From Chlorokybus atmophyticus (lineage: Eukaryota; Plantae; Mesostigma and Chlorokybus algae): a stretch of 64,000 bases of DNA. The notes below the pieces were generated by a model. That model was not told where the DNA came from. It saw only the letters and a list, made by a program, of their open reading frames with translations, and did no database searches. Positions 39,258 through 52,800 of this stretch are shown here, piece by piece. The translations under genes were made by a program, and so were the position numbers. The DNA lies in contig RHPI01003116.1 in the NCBI GenBank assembly GCA_009103225.1, forward strand, positions 124,001 through 188,000. Direction: 5' to 3'. Positions within the stretch are counted from its first letter, which is position 1, and the number at the start of each line of letters is the position of its first letter.

Positions 39258-42200
39258 ATGCTAGACATGGAGGCGCGCGTTCGGAAGGCGCTCGGAGAAT
39301 GCGTTGGCACCGAGCGCCTGGGCGACGTCGACGACGCCATCGCTGACTACGTCTGTGCCGTCCTGGCTGACGACACCTTTGAGTGGGGTGTTGAGGGAGA
39401 TGGTGCAGCCGAGGCCGTTGGGCCTATCTTGCTTGACTCTGGGCTGGTCCGCGATGAGCAGGAGGCGTTCGAGGTGTGTGGCTCGCAGAGGGGTTCCTAG
39501 GACGGCAGCACACTGCACAGTTGCATGTTGGTCAATGCTACTCGGGAGTGCATTTTGTTTATTGCTTTGCCTTTATTTGCATGTTGTTCAATGTACAATT
39601 GAGGATGCTCGATTGTCGTTGCTCTGCAGCGTACATGACAGACACCAATATACTGGTAATCAGCTGTCTCTCTCCGCAAGACACCTAGATTGCTGTTCAA
39701 TGTCATGGAGACCAACGTTGGGTGTTGAGCATGACGGCTGATTTGTGCGCGATGCGCCGATCCTGTCATGGAAGTGTTTTGACAGGTCGGCCATTGTCAC
39801 CATCTCAGTGTCCACAGCATGCCTTGTATGCAATCTGTTGGAGCAGTTCATTCACGGTTGTGACCTCACGCACCTGCCACAACAGTGCATGATCATGTCA
39901 TCGAGCGGCAAACGACCAACTCCAAATTCCAGAGTGGTCAGTTCACATTGCTTGGTTGGGCAGGAAAGTAGTTTTGGTGAATACAACTCGTGTCATTGCT
40001 ATAGCTGGTGGTTTTGTGCGTAGCCGCGCACAGACCTGCAGCATGCATCATTTGCTTGCGTGTCTCGTAGTGCTAATCAGCGTGGTCTGTGAGCGGTTTG
40101 TTGGAGTTTGTTGGAATGTTGATGGCACCATACAACAATACGACACACGCAAGTGACCTGCACACCATGTGCAGGTCACTTGCGTGTGTCGTATTGTTGA
40201 CCAGCTCAGTGTTCGGACAGTTGATTGGCATATCGCATAATTGAGGTCAGTCACTTTGAGAGCTGTTGATAATTGGGCATTAGTCTGCAACATTGGGGGA
40301 CACTTTGAAGTATTGCATGGTTGGCAGTCAGCTTCTGTTGGGAAATCATGACAGATAGTTGGTCATGCCAGCATACCTTGCATGCCATACTGATCACTTG
40401 CGAGCAGGTGTGCCGCAGCCTCGCCACACAATTTGGTAACCGGGTTAGTGTGGTCAGCAATGGCGACTACTACCGCAAGCTGGATGCGCCAAAGATGTTT
40501 GGCAACCTTCACGTGATCGAGGACAAGCCTCAGCCGAAGGAACTACCTGAACGTCTCTTGACTGCTCGCGATCTGGCAAAAATTGAGAGGCGAACAAAGC
40601 GTGAGGAACGCGCTCGTCAGGTAACAGTCAGTGACTGCGTGTGTGTGCCGTTGATGGTGAAGCACTCTTGATCTGTTGCTTGTCCAACATGCCTGCTGCC
40701 GTGTGATGGTTTATTTCACATTGTATATTTTACTTTGCAAGTGTCAGTTGTGTCTGTTTTGGATGTAACAAGTCAGCAGGGCATTGATGATAATGTTGAT
40801 AACAAGTGAGTGTACGTGGATCCAACATGCATGGGTTTGTGTGCAGTCTGCATTGGAGGCTCATCAGGCGGCAGCGCAAGAGGCGCTGGACATGCTGCCT
40901 CCAGCTGTTGTATGGCACAACAGCCAAGCCGACACTGGCGCTGCGCCTCGGGACATTCATCTCAACAACTTTACAATCACAGTGGCTGGCAAGGACCTCA
41001 TTGAGTCAGCATCGATTACTCTTGCGTTTGGCCGACGATATGGTACGTCAGCATCCCGCAAGTGGAGGACAGTTTCAATGTGTGCCCACACAATAGCAAG
41101 GAAGCTCTTTAACACGCATGTTTTAGATCGCATGGGTGAGTGAGCATGCTACAGAATTGCTCCTGCTTTGGACAGGTCTTGTTGGACGCAACGGCACAGG
41201 CAAGACAACCTTTTTGAGACATATGGCAGCACATGCTATTGATGGCATCCCTCCACGCACGCAGATTCTGCACGTTGAACAAGAGGTACAATACGACAAC
41301 AAGTTTTCCAACCTGCATCCGTCATATACTGATGGCGCAGTTGCTTTAGCAGTGGTAGTCTGCGTTCAGTGAAATGGAAGTTGCACGTTACAGGTCACAG
41401 GCGACGATCGAACTGTGTTGGAGTGTGTTTTAGCGTGCGATGTGGAGCGCACTGCCCTGTTGAAAGAGGAGGCTGAACTGCTTAAAGCTTCAGAGCATGC
41501 AGCTGCTCCCATGGGTGAGCACAACATTGCACATTCGCACTTGTTGCAAGCAATGCCCGCGGATCTTGAGCACTCTTGAGAATATGTATGTTGACTACTA
41601 GTCATGTTTGCAGAGAATGGCCTCGCAAATGGCCATCATCCCTTGAGCAATGGGAAAGATGACAGTGCAGAAAGGCTAGCAGCTGTGTATCGGCGCATGG
41701 AAGCTATCGATGCTTATTCTGCTGAAGCGCGAGCTTCACAGATTTTGGCGGTGAGTTACAAGTACACGGCAGTGCATCAGTCTCTGTCCTCATTGGCATG
41801 CTTGGTATTTACAACCCGGCTTTGCAGGGTTTGAGCTTTACTACAGAGATGCAGAAAAAGACAACAAGAGAGTTCTCAGGTGGTTGGCGCATGCGAGTGT
41901 CATTAGCGCGAGCCCTCTTCATTGAACCAGATGTACTACTACTCGATGAGCCTACCAATCACTTGGACCTGCATGCGGTGATCTGGCTTGAAGACTATTT
42001 ATGCAAGTGGAAGAAAACCCTGATAGTGGTATCGCACGCCCGGGAGTTCCTCAATGTTGTTGTCACGGATGTCATTCACTTGCAGCACCAAAAGCTCACG
42101 GCTTACCGAGGCAACTATGACACATTTGAGAAAACACGCAACGAGCGGCTTCGCAATGCTGCCAAAGCGCACGAGTCGAGTGAGAAGGCTCGAAGTCACA

Positions 42201-43707
42201 TACAGGTGGGTTGCAGCTTGTGTAACTCGTAACTAGTGTTGCACTATTTGTCTTGTGTTTGGCATGCAAGTGGTGTGCGTTGAGTAATGTAACCACTAAC
42301 AAGCGGTGTATGGCAGATGTTTATTGACAAGTTCAGATACAATGCAAAGCGAGCCAGCCTTGTGCAGTCGCGCATCAAGGCTCTGGAGCGCATGGCCAAG
42401 GTGAGATGTTGTTTGGGTTGTTACGTTGGCTTGAGCGGGAAGCACATGCCTGCACGCAGTCATCATTTGGCTATTATCACCGGTATGACCGTCAGGATGT
42501 TGCATTTCCCTGATGTGTTCCTGTCCGTAGGTTGAACTTGCTGAAGACGATCCAGAGTATGTATTCAAATTCCCGACACCAGACGGCGGGCCTGGCCCAC
42601 CTATTATCAGCTTTACGGATGCCTGCTTTAACTACCCTGGAGGGCCCATGCTGTTCAAGAACCTCAACTTCGGCATAGATTTGGACAGCCGACTTGCAAG
42701 TACGTTGTCTGTGAGTTTGCAAGTCTCATACTGATTAGCAGTTGGCGTGAATGAAATGAGTACATCTGCAGTGGTTGGTGCCAATGGTGTCGGCAAGTCC
42801 ACCTTGCTCAAGTTGATAGCTGGCGAGTTGGAGCCCACTAGCGGCACCGTGTTTAGATCAAACAAGGTATGTTGTGTGGCAGCTTCTGGTGTGCAATCAT
42901 GTTCAATGCAAAGCCGGTGGGTGACGCATGCATTGACCATGGATTCTATAGGTTCGCATGTCTGTTTTCAGCCAGCATCACGTGGACGGTTTGGACCTGG
43001 CTTCCACTCCCCTCCTGTACATGATGAAGCTGTATCCCAACACTGCAGAGCCGCTACTGCGCGCACACTTGGGGTCTTTTGGCATCAGCGGCAACCTTGC
43101 TCTGCAACCCATGTATACACTATCAGGTAAAGTCTCTAGCAACATGGAAGATTATGGTTAGGAGCACAACCTGTCATGAAGTCGCTTGTGATATCTATCT
43201 TGCCCTACCTTTGTACATCTATCTGTGTCATCTCCACACACGTGACCTTGTCGTCAAAGCGAGTGTCATGATTTTGCTGCATAATTTTTCTTATGCTTTG
43301 TTTTGAGAGGTTTGTATTTGTTCTGTGTTTGAGCATTTGACACCATGTGCACAGGTGGGCAGAAGAGTCGTGTCGCCCTGGCCAAGATCACCTGGACCAA
43401 ACCCCACATCCTGTTGCTGGATGAACCTTCCAATCATTTGGACTTAGACGCTGTGGAGGCCCTCATTCATGGGCTCGCGTTGTTCCAAGGAGGCGTCCTC
43501 ATGGTAAGGACACTGTCATACGTGTGCTGTGTTGCTTTTGAAGCGCGACATGTGACAGTTCTGCAACCCAAACGCGTGCGTTTGCAGGTGAGCCACGACG
43601 AGCACTTGATTTCCGGTGTAGTGGACGACTTGTGGGTGGTCAAGCAAGGCGTTGCCAGCCCGTTCCATGGCGCGTTTGATGACTATAAGAAGACTCTCAA
43701 GGTGTAG
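39258..43707 (+). CDS. ABCF3: ABC-F family ATPase ABCF3/GCN20 (start at 39258 or 39267)
   Basis: N-terminus DVDDAIADYVCAVLADDTFEWG; LTARDLAKIERR; RDIHLNNFTITVAGKDLI..FGRRY|GLVGRNGTGKTT; FSGGWRMRVSLARALFIEPDVLLLDEPTNHLD; second NBD GANGVGKSTLLKL; SGGQKSRVALA..LLLDEPSNHLD; TAG at 43705-43707. Confidence 0.97.
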
Positions 43708-44499
43708 TAGCCATCGCAGGGTTGGGTTGCGTGGAAGACTTGTTTTGTGAATGGAACTCAAACATGAATTGTGTGAGGTTGAGACGCACCTGCCAGCCAA
43801 CCTTGTACAGTAATTGATAGGTGCAATAGCTTGTTGGCTGCATTGCATTGAGGTTATGTTGTAAGTCCTGCCATCCAGAACACATTCTGCGCGCATGCCC
43901 ATCATGCTGTGGGCAGGTTGGGTTAGGAAGCTGGCAAGTGTGTTTTGCTAAACCGTTGCTGCTTTTTACGCGCACAGCTATGCTACTGTCAATGATTTGT
44001 CATATTGCATGGCGGCATCGCGCCTTTGAGCATGACAGTTCCCACCCACTATCTGGTTTCTCATGTGTGGTCAATGTGATTTGCTTAAAAAGTAAAGCCG
44101 TTGAATTAATGCTGTAGTGAACGTTCCCCTGCAGTTCTGACAGCCGGTCCCGTAGCCAATCATGTCTCAGGCACTGCTATGTGGCACAATGCCGCTAACA
44201 CATGCCCAATGACCTGCCCGGGTCTCCTGGCAGTCGCAGCCAAGGAACATGTTCCGTTCGCGCAGCAAATATCACATCTGGGGCCTGCGAACCACAAACA
44301 AGCCACAAGCATTCATCAATGATTGTAATCCATGCGCGCAGCACTTGGACGTAAGACCACAAGGACGCACTATCTCACCGCATCTCTGTAGTGTAAGCTG
44401 TGGCAAGAGATGCTTGCGAGCAACTCCATGGTAGCTTGCACGCAGCCACATTCATTGTCAGTTAGTATGACGGCATGCACACTTTGTTACTGCATTTCA

Positions 44500-46165
44500 T
44501 CATGTTGGAAACCGCCCGCGCCACGCCTTGACCATCTTGCGCCCAACATACCGAACCGACTTGCCCACGCCAGCCGTAAGGAAGGAGCTCACAGCCTGTG
44601 GTAGATACACATGCACACTCAACAACCATACATCTGTGTACGTACACTTTGCAGCAACCAGCACCTGTCGGCGTGAGGATCGCGCCACCGTCGTGCTCAG
44701 CACGCGAGCGAGCGCCTCAGCGTGGCGGGGCCACCTTGCCACGTCGTCCTCCCGCGCGGGGACATTGCCCGCCCCTGCCACGCGACCAAGGACCTGACCG
44801 GGAAGCAGAGACAGAAGGGCCGAGCGGGATGCGGGACACGTACCCTGACGGAACGCGGAAGGCTCATACCTGAGGCATGTGTGAATATTGTACGTGTTGC
44901 GAGTGTTGTGTGCATTGTGATTGTTGTGTTTGTTGTGCATTATGTGTGTGTCGGCACATGCACAACACGTGTGTTTGAAATGTGTGTCTTGCCTCTCTAA
45001 CTCCACCTCTGATGGTAAACGCTTCCGAGCCCTGGCAAATATCTCCCGGAAGCCATCGAAGCTGCCCGACACGAGGCGGGCGAGCTTGCGAGGGTCTTCT
45101 GCCACACCCAAGCGCACATCACCACCGTACGACAACCTAGTGTGTGCATATGTACGTGTCACCAGAATGAACACATAACAGTGATGAGTGCTTTGCGTAC
45201 TTGGCGATTGCTGTATAAAGCTCGGGTTCGGTGAATGAGGGTGGAAGAAGCAACAGCGCAGCTGCCAAGGCTGCAAGCCGATTGTCCTGCACGCATGTGT
45301 TGTTCGTGGTAAAGCGTGTATGCATGCATACTGCTTGCGCAACCGTGTCACATTAGTAGATGAAGTATAAAAAACATGCATCCACTGCTGGGTGTTTGAC
45401 CATTGCTACATGCATCTGCCTACTGGAGGCATGGATGAACTTAGCTATGAATATGACTGTGCATGTACAAATATGCACCAACCTGTGCGCATGCATGTAA
45501 GAGGGTTGCACCGCTACCACATGCAGTGCATGCATGCAGGCATTCAGAGTGGTTACTCACTGCAAGTTCAGTGGCTAGGGTGGGGCAGTCGACAAGCGTC
45601 TTTACAGGCTTGTGGAGGCGGCCGGCGGCGTACAGATCCTGCCACGTGGCGAGGTCTGAGCGCAGGCGCGCCAGCGACATCACACCATACCTGACCAGGG
45701 GGAGGAGGTGGAGGTGAGAGACGCGTATGTCCACCTGCTGCACTGTGAGAGTGTGTGTATGTGCTTATACTTAATCAGTCGGTTTTGGTATGGGACGAGT
45801 GTGTTGAAGTGGACTCCTGCGCCGACAACGTCAGCTATTGCGTGCGTGGACAGGCCGAGCGCCGGCAGCGCCGCCGCCGGCAGCCAGGCGTAGTGCGGCC
45901 TGTTGGCCGCTACGTTCTCCGCGTGCCAGGCTGCCGGGTCCTCGACCGCCAGAATGTAATCCGTCATGGGTGTATCGGCCTCTGCCTTGTTCTCGTCGCC
46001 GCCGCCGCTGGCCGCCGCCGCCGTGCTAGCCTCAGGCCAGGAAGCGGCGGCGGCGGCGGCAGGGGCGGCGGCTCGCTGCGGAAACACCCCCGACCCGTAC
46101 GCGAAAGCGTGTGCCACAGGGGGCAACACACGCAGCGGCGCCGCTAACTCCTCGTTAGTAAGCAT
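44500..46165 (-). CDS. TAM41: Mitochondrial phosphatidate cytidylyltransferase Tam41/Mmp37
   Basis: AFAYGSGVFPQ, DYILAVEDPAAWHAEN..HYAW, GAGVHFNT, IK|YGVMS..LATWQDLYAAGRLHKPV, LLLLPPSFTEPELYTAIA..LSYGGDVRLGVAEDPRK, TAGVGKSVRYVGRKMVKAW; TGA at 44500-44502. Confidence 0.95.
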
Positions 46166-46321
46166 ACCGCCGCCGCCGCCGCCGCCGCGGCGGCCAACAC
46201 CGACAACAAGTGCCCTGTTCACCGAAACCGATTGTCAGTGGAGACACTGGATAGCGTCGACGTCGACAAAGACTATAAAGAGACAATCTTGTAAAGCAAA
46301 GCAAGTCACGTGATTAGACTA

Positions 46322-46360
46322 CAGGCCAGGCCAAGCCAGGCCAGGCCAGGCCAGACCAGG
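46322..46360. repeat. (CCAGG)n-like pentamer array in the TAM41/EFHB intergenic spacer
   Basis: CAGGCCAGGCCAAGCCAGGCCAGGCCAGGCCAGACCAGG. Confidence 0.85.
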
Positions 46361-46383
46361 CTGCGGCGGCGACGGTGGTGAGA

Positions 46384-48828
46384 ATGGCGCCAGCGGCAGC
46401 GGCAAACATTGGGTTTGACGTGGCGGCTCTGGCTGCGTCGTTGGATGCCCGACTCCGCACGGCGGTGCTGCGGCCGCCGGAGGGACCTGCCGCTGGCGTG
46501 GTGGATGCAAAGAAGGAGGAGGGCGCCTGGGCCTGCTTGCAGGTAGGTGTTGTTGTCGAAATGGTTTTTTGGATTGGTTTAATTCATGGCTAAAATTCTT
46601 CTTCTTTTATCTTCTGCTAGCCTGATGTGGCGCAGCAAGACAGACCCGTCACCCCAACAGACATCAAGAAGTGGAGGTAAGCACAACAACAACGACGACA
46701 ACAAAAATACAACAAGCTCAACGAGCACAATACGCACAACAAGAATAACAAGAAGACAATACACACACTCTCGTACAGGCGTTCGGTTGTGCACGAGGCT
46801 GGGAAGGCCGTGCGTCACCCCGGCGTGTTTAACGACCCCATCCCTGGCGTGGACGGGTCCGTCACGTTTGGCAGGCCAACAGTGAGTCTGTTGTGTCACA
46901 ACAGAGGGAGTACACTTTTAAATAAACCAACATGTATTGAGACACAAGTTGTTGTGTTGTGTATTAGGTGTCAACCGAGGGCGACAACGTGGCCTCCACT
47001 ATACGACCCCCGCCATCAAGCTACCTGCAACGAAAGCGAGAAGAGGAGTTCGAACCCTTAGTAGGCAAATCAGCAGTAAGCAATGCCCCTCCCACCCCCA
47101 CACCCACCCACCCCCACCCACCCACTCACCCCCACACCCACCCACCCACACACACACACATTTCTACAGAGCAGCAAAGTCCCCACCGGCGCCCCCGTGG
47201 GGTTAGGCACCTCCCGTCCCTTCGGTCTCTTCATCGACGCTCGCTGGAAGGACTCTCACGGGGAGTGCAAAGCCACTCTCTACCCCCCAACGACAACAAC
47301 AACCACAAGCGACAATCCCTCTGATACACAAGTCCACACCATGTACGTCACCACGCACGGGGATTACGCTCCAGGCGAGCAGCGCAGGCGAGGGTATGAT
47401 TGGGACAAAGCGGGAGTGGATCCGGAGACGTTTAGCTTTGGGATGAAGCAAGGAGATAGCAGAGTTGGGGCGAGGGAAGCAATGAATCCGATGCTGTATG
47501 ATGACTATAAGGCGGCGGCGAAGGTGAGGGTGGGGTTGGGTGGGGTTGGGCGTGTGCGTGTGCGTGTGCGTGACTCAATTTGTCAATGTTGTGGCTTGCA
47601 GCTGGTAGACAAGCGAACAGCAGATTACATTGCGCACCGTCACGACGCTCTCGGCACAGTGCGGGTACGCACGCTCATAGACGCATCTTCCCCACATTAC
47701 CCACGCACCCAACATATGAATATGCTGTTTACCCCCCCCCCCCCCCNNNNNNNNNNNNNNNNNNNNNNNNNNNNNNNNNNNNNNNNNNNNNNNNNNNNNN
47801 NNNNNNNNNNNNNNNNNNNNNNNNNNNNNNNNNNNNNNNNNNNNNNNNNNNNNNNNNNNNNNNNNNNNNNNNNNNNNNNNNNNNNNNNNNNNNNNNNNNN
47901 NNNNNNNNNNNNNNNNNNNNNNNNNNNNNNNNNNNNNNNNNNNNNNNNNNNNNNNNNNNNNNNNNNNNNNNNNNNATCACCACGACACACACACGCACAC
48001 ACTCTCTCCAGGCTCTGTGCAAGTCCCCTCCCCCCGTCTCTCCCTCCCACATCTTCGGCGTGGCCACGACGGCGGGCGACGTCGGCGCGCACGACCTGCT
48101 GCGCGGGAAGGGGTTCAGCGAGGAGGCGCTGAGGGCGGATGAGACGATTGGAAGGAGCCACCTGAAACATGCGTGTGTAGGTGAGGACACTGCTGGTGGC
48201 ATTGTGTGCGTGTGTGTGTGCGTATGCGTCCACACACACATACGCACGCACAGATACATAGATGCATATCGGTGAGCATGTGCATTCGCGTGCGCATGTC
48301 TGTGCACGCACACTCAGATACAGATACACTGACACATACAAAAACTTCTACGTCCATCTATCATTTGCACGAGACCACCCACCCACCCACCCACACACAC
48401 AATTCTCTTCACTCACCCAGCACCCGAGAGGTTGGAAGGCCGCACCTTTGGCATCCCCACAATCCGCAGCGACATCAAAGCGCCAAAGAAGAAGTCCGTC
48501 GCAGACACCCAGGCAAGACAACCTAGCTACTCACCACACGTCTCACCCACCCACCCACACATCTGACCCAACATACACCCCTCAGAACTACGGCGGCGAG
48601 GCTGGCGCCTTCACACTGTTGTACCCTCCCCACGCCAACAACGACAAGGTGGACGGGGAGTACTCTCGTCCCCGCACGCGCGAGGAGCTGCGGGGGATTG
48701 TGGGCGAAGGAGCCAAGGGGGAGTTCGATGTTGTATGTGGGGAGAGTGATGGGGTGATGAGTGTGGGGGAGTATCTGGAGAGGAGGAGGGAGTGGCTGAA
48801 GAGGGGGATACGGGTCAGGAAAGGGTGA
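46384..48828 (+). CDS. EFHB: EFHB/CFAP21-family flagellar microtubule-inner protein; interrupted by an N gap at 47747-47975
   Basis: MYVTTHGDYAPGEQRRRGYDW, HIFGVAT, GRTFGIPTIRSDIKAPKKKSVADTQ|NYGGEAGAFTLLYP, RPRTREEL match the EFHB C-terminal signature (FGVPTIRSDIPAP..SD..NYGEE..A.SLLYP). TGA at 48826-48828. Confidence 0.8.
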
Positions 48829-49811
48829 GGAAAGGGNNNNNNNNNNNNNNNNNGGGGGATGGATGAGGGTGTGGGTTTGTAGAGGAATTTACTCGAGTGT
48901 GGTATGATGTATGCGATCTTTATGTTTTTTGCTAACTACTATTGCGAGTGAGTGGAATGTGCACACCATGCGGTGCGCGCACGTGTGCGTGCGTGCGTAC
49001 ATAAGGACTGCAGTAGCGCAAGTGCAAGCCGGCGGCGAGTATCATGAGACCAAGTGGATATCAATTAACTGTACAACCATACGACGATGCCTATTGTATC
49101 GTGTTGGCAACAACCACGACACTTCAGGAAAATGTGAAACTTAACATGTACAACCTGACTAACCATTCGCATTTACTTGCCTAAAGTTTTCTGTGAGTTT
49201 GCAAGCGAGATAAAGAGTGGCGGTTGCCCACACAGCAACTTGCTCAGGCTCTGTGGCTGCAATTCAATATCTCAGATGGGGATTTTAGGGACAGGGTGCA
49301 AGCAACAGATTCGCCCAATCATGGAAATGTTGTGTTCAATCTGTTTGGTTGAAAGCTTTGACCCGCTCGTGTGCACTGTCAGTGACTTTGCGAATGTGAA
49401 TGTAAGCACGCACAATACCAATCATCATTGTACTTGATGTTGCCCTTTGTTAGACAATCAGAACCCTCTAGGTGCCATGCACATGGTGGTGTGGTGCAGA
49501 GGGTGGAGGGTGCCCACCTGCACAAGTGTAGGAGACAGCGGGCGCATGTGCATGTGTGCGTTTGCGTTATACAAGTGACTATGAGTATACAACAACGAAG
49601 TTCAAGAAGTACATAACACATCATCGTATACAGTCCAAGACAAACACCAAGTCAACCTCTTATACACACACACATACCTGCGCAACCCTACCACTGCATC
49701 CCCTTCCACACTCCCCCCTCCCCATACTGCCAGTGCCAATCTCACAACTCTCACAATTCTCCCACTCCCACTCCCACTTTCCCCACCAACCCAACCTCCC
49801 CTCCCCTCCCC

Positions 49812-52800
49812 TCACGCGTACGCCCCCAGCTGCCTGTACACCCACTGCTTGATGGCGACCGCCCCCGCCCGCACCTCCTGGTCGGCGCGTTTCGGGCGGA
49901 GGGGGCACGCGCGGGAACGGGAGGTGTAGCGCTGGGTGTTGTACACCTGGACGGGGAGAGCAGTGCGAAAGGTTGAGTGATGAGGTTAGGTTAGGTCGTG
50001 CGAGTAAGTGCGTGCCTGCGCGCGTGCATGTGCACCCACGTGTGTCTGTATATTCAGATACACATACATGCACACACGTGCACACTCACTATGCATGCAC
50101 ACATCCTCTCTCAAAAAGTTCTGCGCATGTGCTATCACGGACATGTGCACATGCACACGCACACGCTTGTGACAGACACACACACCCCTCACCTGCACGC
50201 TCCCGACGACGAACGTGCTCTTATGCCCATATACCCGTCCGATCCACCCCTCCGCTTCCGCCCCGTTCCTCAATCCCATAGGGTACATCCCCCCTCCGAA
50301 CACCTCCGAATGCGTGGTGACGTGCACCAGGGGGTGGGATGTGACGGAGGGGGAGCGGAGGTCGAGGGGGGAGGAGACGCCGAAGGAGGGGCGGAGGGGG
50401 TTGGAGAGGAGGGAAGCGAGGAGGAGCTGGGGGAGGGATACAATGAGTGAATGTGTGTGTGTGTGTGTGCGTGAGTGTATTGTCGCAGAACGACTTCAAA
50501 AATTGACACCTTGACACACGCACACATACGCGCCCACGCGCACGCGCACACGCACGCACGCACATGCGTAACCCTACACGCACACAACATCAACTGCTTC
50601 CCTGCTGACTTCAGACTCCACTCAACACTTCTCACACCTCAACTCACACCACCCACACCACCCACACACGACACGTCTCCCCACCCCTCTCACCTGCGTC
50701 CACACCTTCCCCGGTCCCGCCGGATAGAACTCCGTATCATCGTGCGCGGCCATGAAGTACTCCGCTCCTTCCTCCCTCGCGATGTCGAACAACCTGTTCC
50801 ACACGTACGTCGTACTCCCGCTCTTCGCCATCTGATACATCCTTACACCGATGTTGGGTGTGTCATCTCCCCCCAACATGGCCGATATCCGCTTGGAGAG
50901 GCGGTCTCGTTTGTGTGGATCGCCGTAGACGGCGTCGCCGATATCCACCCCAACGTAGATGAGAATGGTATCAGTGTTGGTGTTGGTGTTCTCTAAGCAG
51001 GCTAATAGCGAGGGGAGGAGGACGTTTAGTAGTGGCAATGCGTCTGGGGAGACTATCTGGGTGTTGGCGGTTGTGCTCGGCACGCCGATGGCGATGGTGG
51101 TGGTTGTGGGTGATGTTGTGAGCGATGTTGAGGTGGGAAGGGAGAAGAGAAGGGTGGGGAGAGTTGAGGGAGGGGCCGAGGCGGGCTGCATGAAGGAATA
51201 CATTGTGAGTGTGTGTGTGCGCGTGTGGAAGTGGAGATGCATGTATGTTGGGTGTAGTGTGGGTATGTTGTGTCGGGTTTTGCGTACCTCGAGGAGGGCG
51301 ATGTCGCATTCGTAGCGGGTATCAGAGGCTGTTGAAGACTTTTTGCTCCATTTAGCTTTATCTGAAGAGGTGAAAATAGCCCAATATAAAGAATGTTGAG
51401 CAGCATGTGTCGTTGTACAAGAAGTTGTTGGGCACAAACAGTTCATCAAGCTCATCAAGAGTCACATACCTGATTGGCCAAATACAGATGCACCTGTTGC
51501 TTGCCTCTCATCCTCCTCACCCATCTGTACACAGCGACACAACACAACAGTTCAACAACCCAACATCTGTTGTCAGCACTCAATTCAGCACCCCAGGCAA
51601 GGGTTGCGACTACTGTGTTGCCACATAACGAACACAACAACCCAAACCTCGAACAAGAAGTTCGCAGCGGGCCGAATGGGTATCGCCTCGTCCTCTGCAA
51701 CATCAGTCTCCTCTGCCACTCCCCCGCAAGAAAGCAGCTGCCTTTCCAGCAACTGCAGCGCAGATACAATCACATACACGACATAAACACCTTGAAAGCA
51801 AGACACCACAACCACCACCACCACCACAACAACAACCAGTTCTCACCTTCAAGCCAGCTCGACTCGTTGTCGAGTACCCTCGCACGCCATCGATCACCAC
51901 CCCGCTCTGCCCCAACGCAACAACAACAACAACATCAACCTTCCACCCACCCACCACCACAACCCTTCTCCCAACCCAAGCCACCATCCCTCCCCCACCA
52001 CACAACTCCCATCACACCTGCGATCGTAGTACGAGCGTCCCGTCCAGCTGCAGCGCCTTGACGGCGTTGTCGACCCATCCGGCGAGGTGGGTGCCGGGAC
52101 GGAGGTGGAGGGCGTGGGAGTGGGAGTGGAGGGAGTGGAGGAGGAGGGAGGCGGACTCCTGGGGTGAGGGGGATGTTGATGTAAGTGGTATATATCACAT
52201 GATATATGCACATGCACACACACGGGTCCAGACACAGAGCGCGCGCGTGCGCATGCGCATGCGTGTGCGTGTGTGCACCTGCTGCTGTTGCTGAACAGGT
52301 TGTGAGCATTTGGTGGCTGACGGATACTGGGTTGTTGCCCACAGCACAGCTGCAAACACAATGGACACCTTTGTCCTCAGCTCTCTCGATAAGTACATTA
52401 ACTTGACACATGCAGGTCAGCGGTATTACATGTACACTTTCTCTCTCTCTCCCTCTCACCTGTGTCTATCGGCATCAGCTCCACCCCTCGCCAAAGAGAT
52501 ATTTCCGACGCATCTGCCGCAGATATCTCCCCCACCTGTATCGACAAAATCAGGGAAGTCAAACATGGATCGCGCCCGTGTGCGTGTGCGTGTATGTGTG
52601 CGCGCGTGTGTATGTGTCTGTATGAATTTGCATGCGTGCGTGCGAGCGTGCGCGCGTGTGTGCGCGCGCTTGAGCTTCTTTCGCACACATGTGCTATGCA
52701 CTATAATTATGTGATATGTATTCAGCAAACATCTGCTTGAGCCACAGTACAATGAGCCTTGCCTGGTACAGCCGGATCTGAAGCTCGGGATGCCAGTAAT

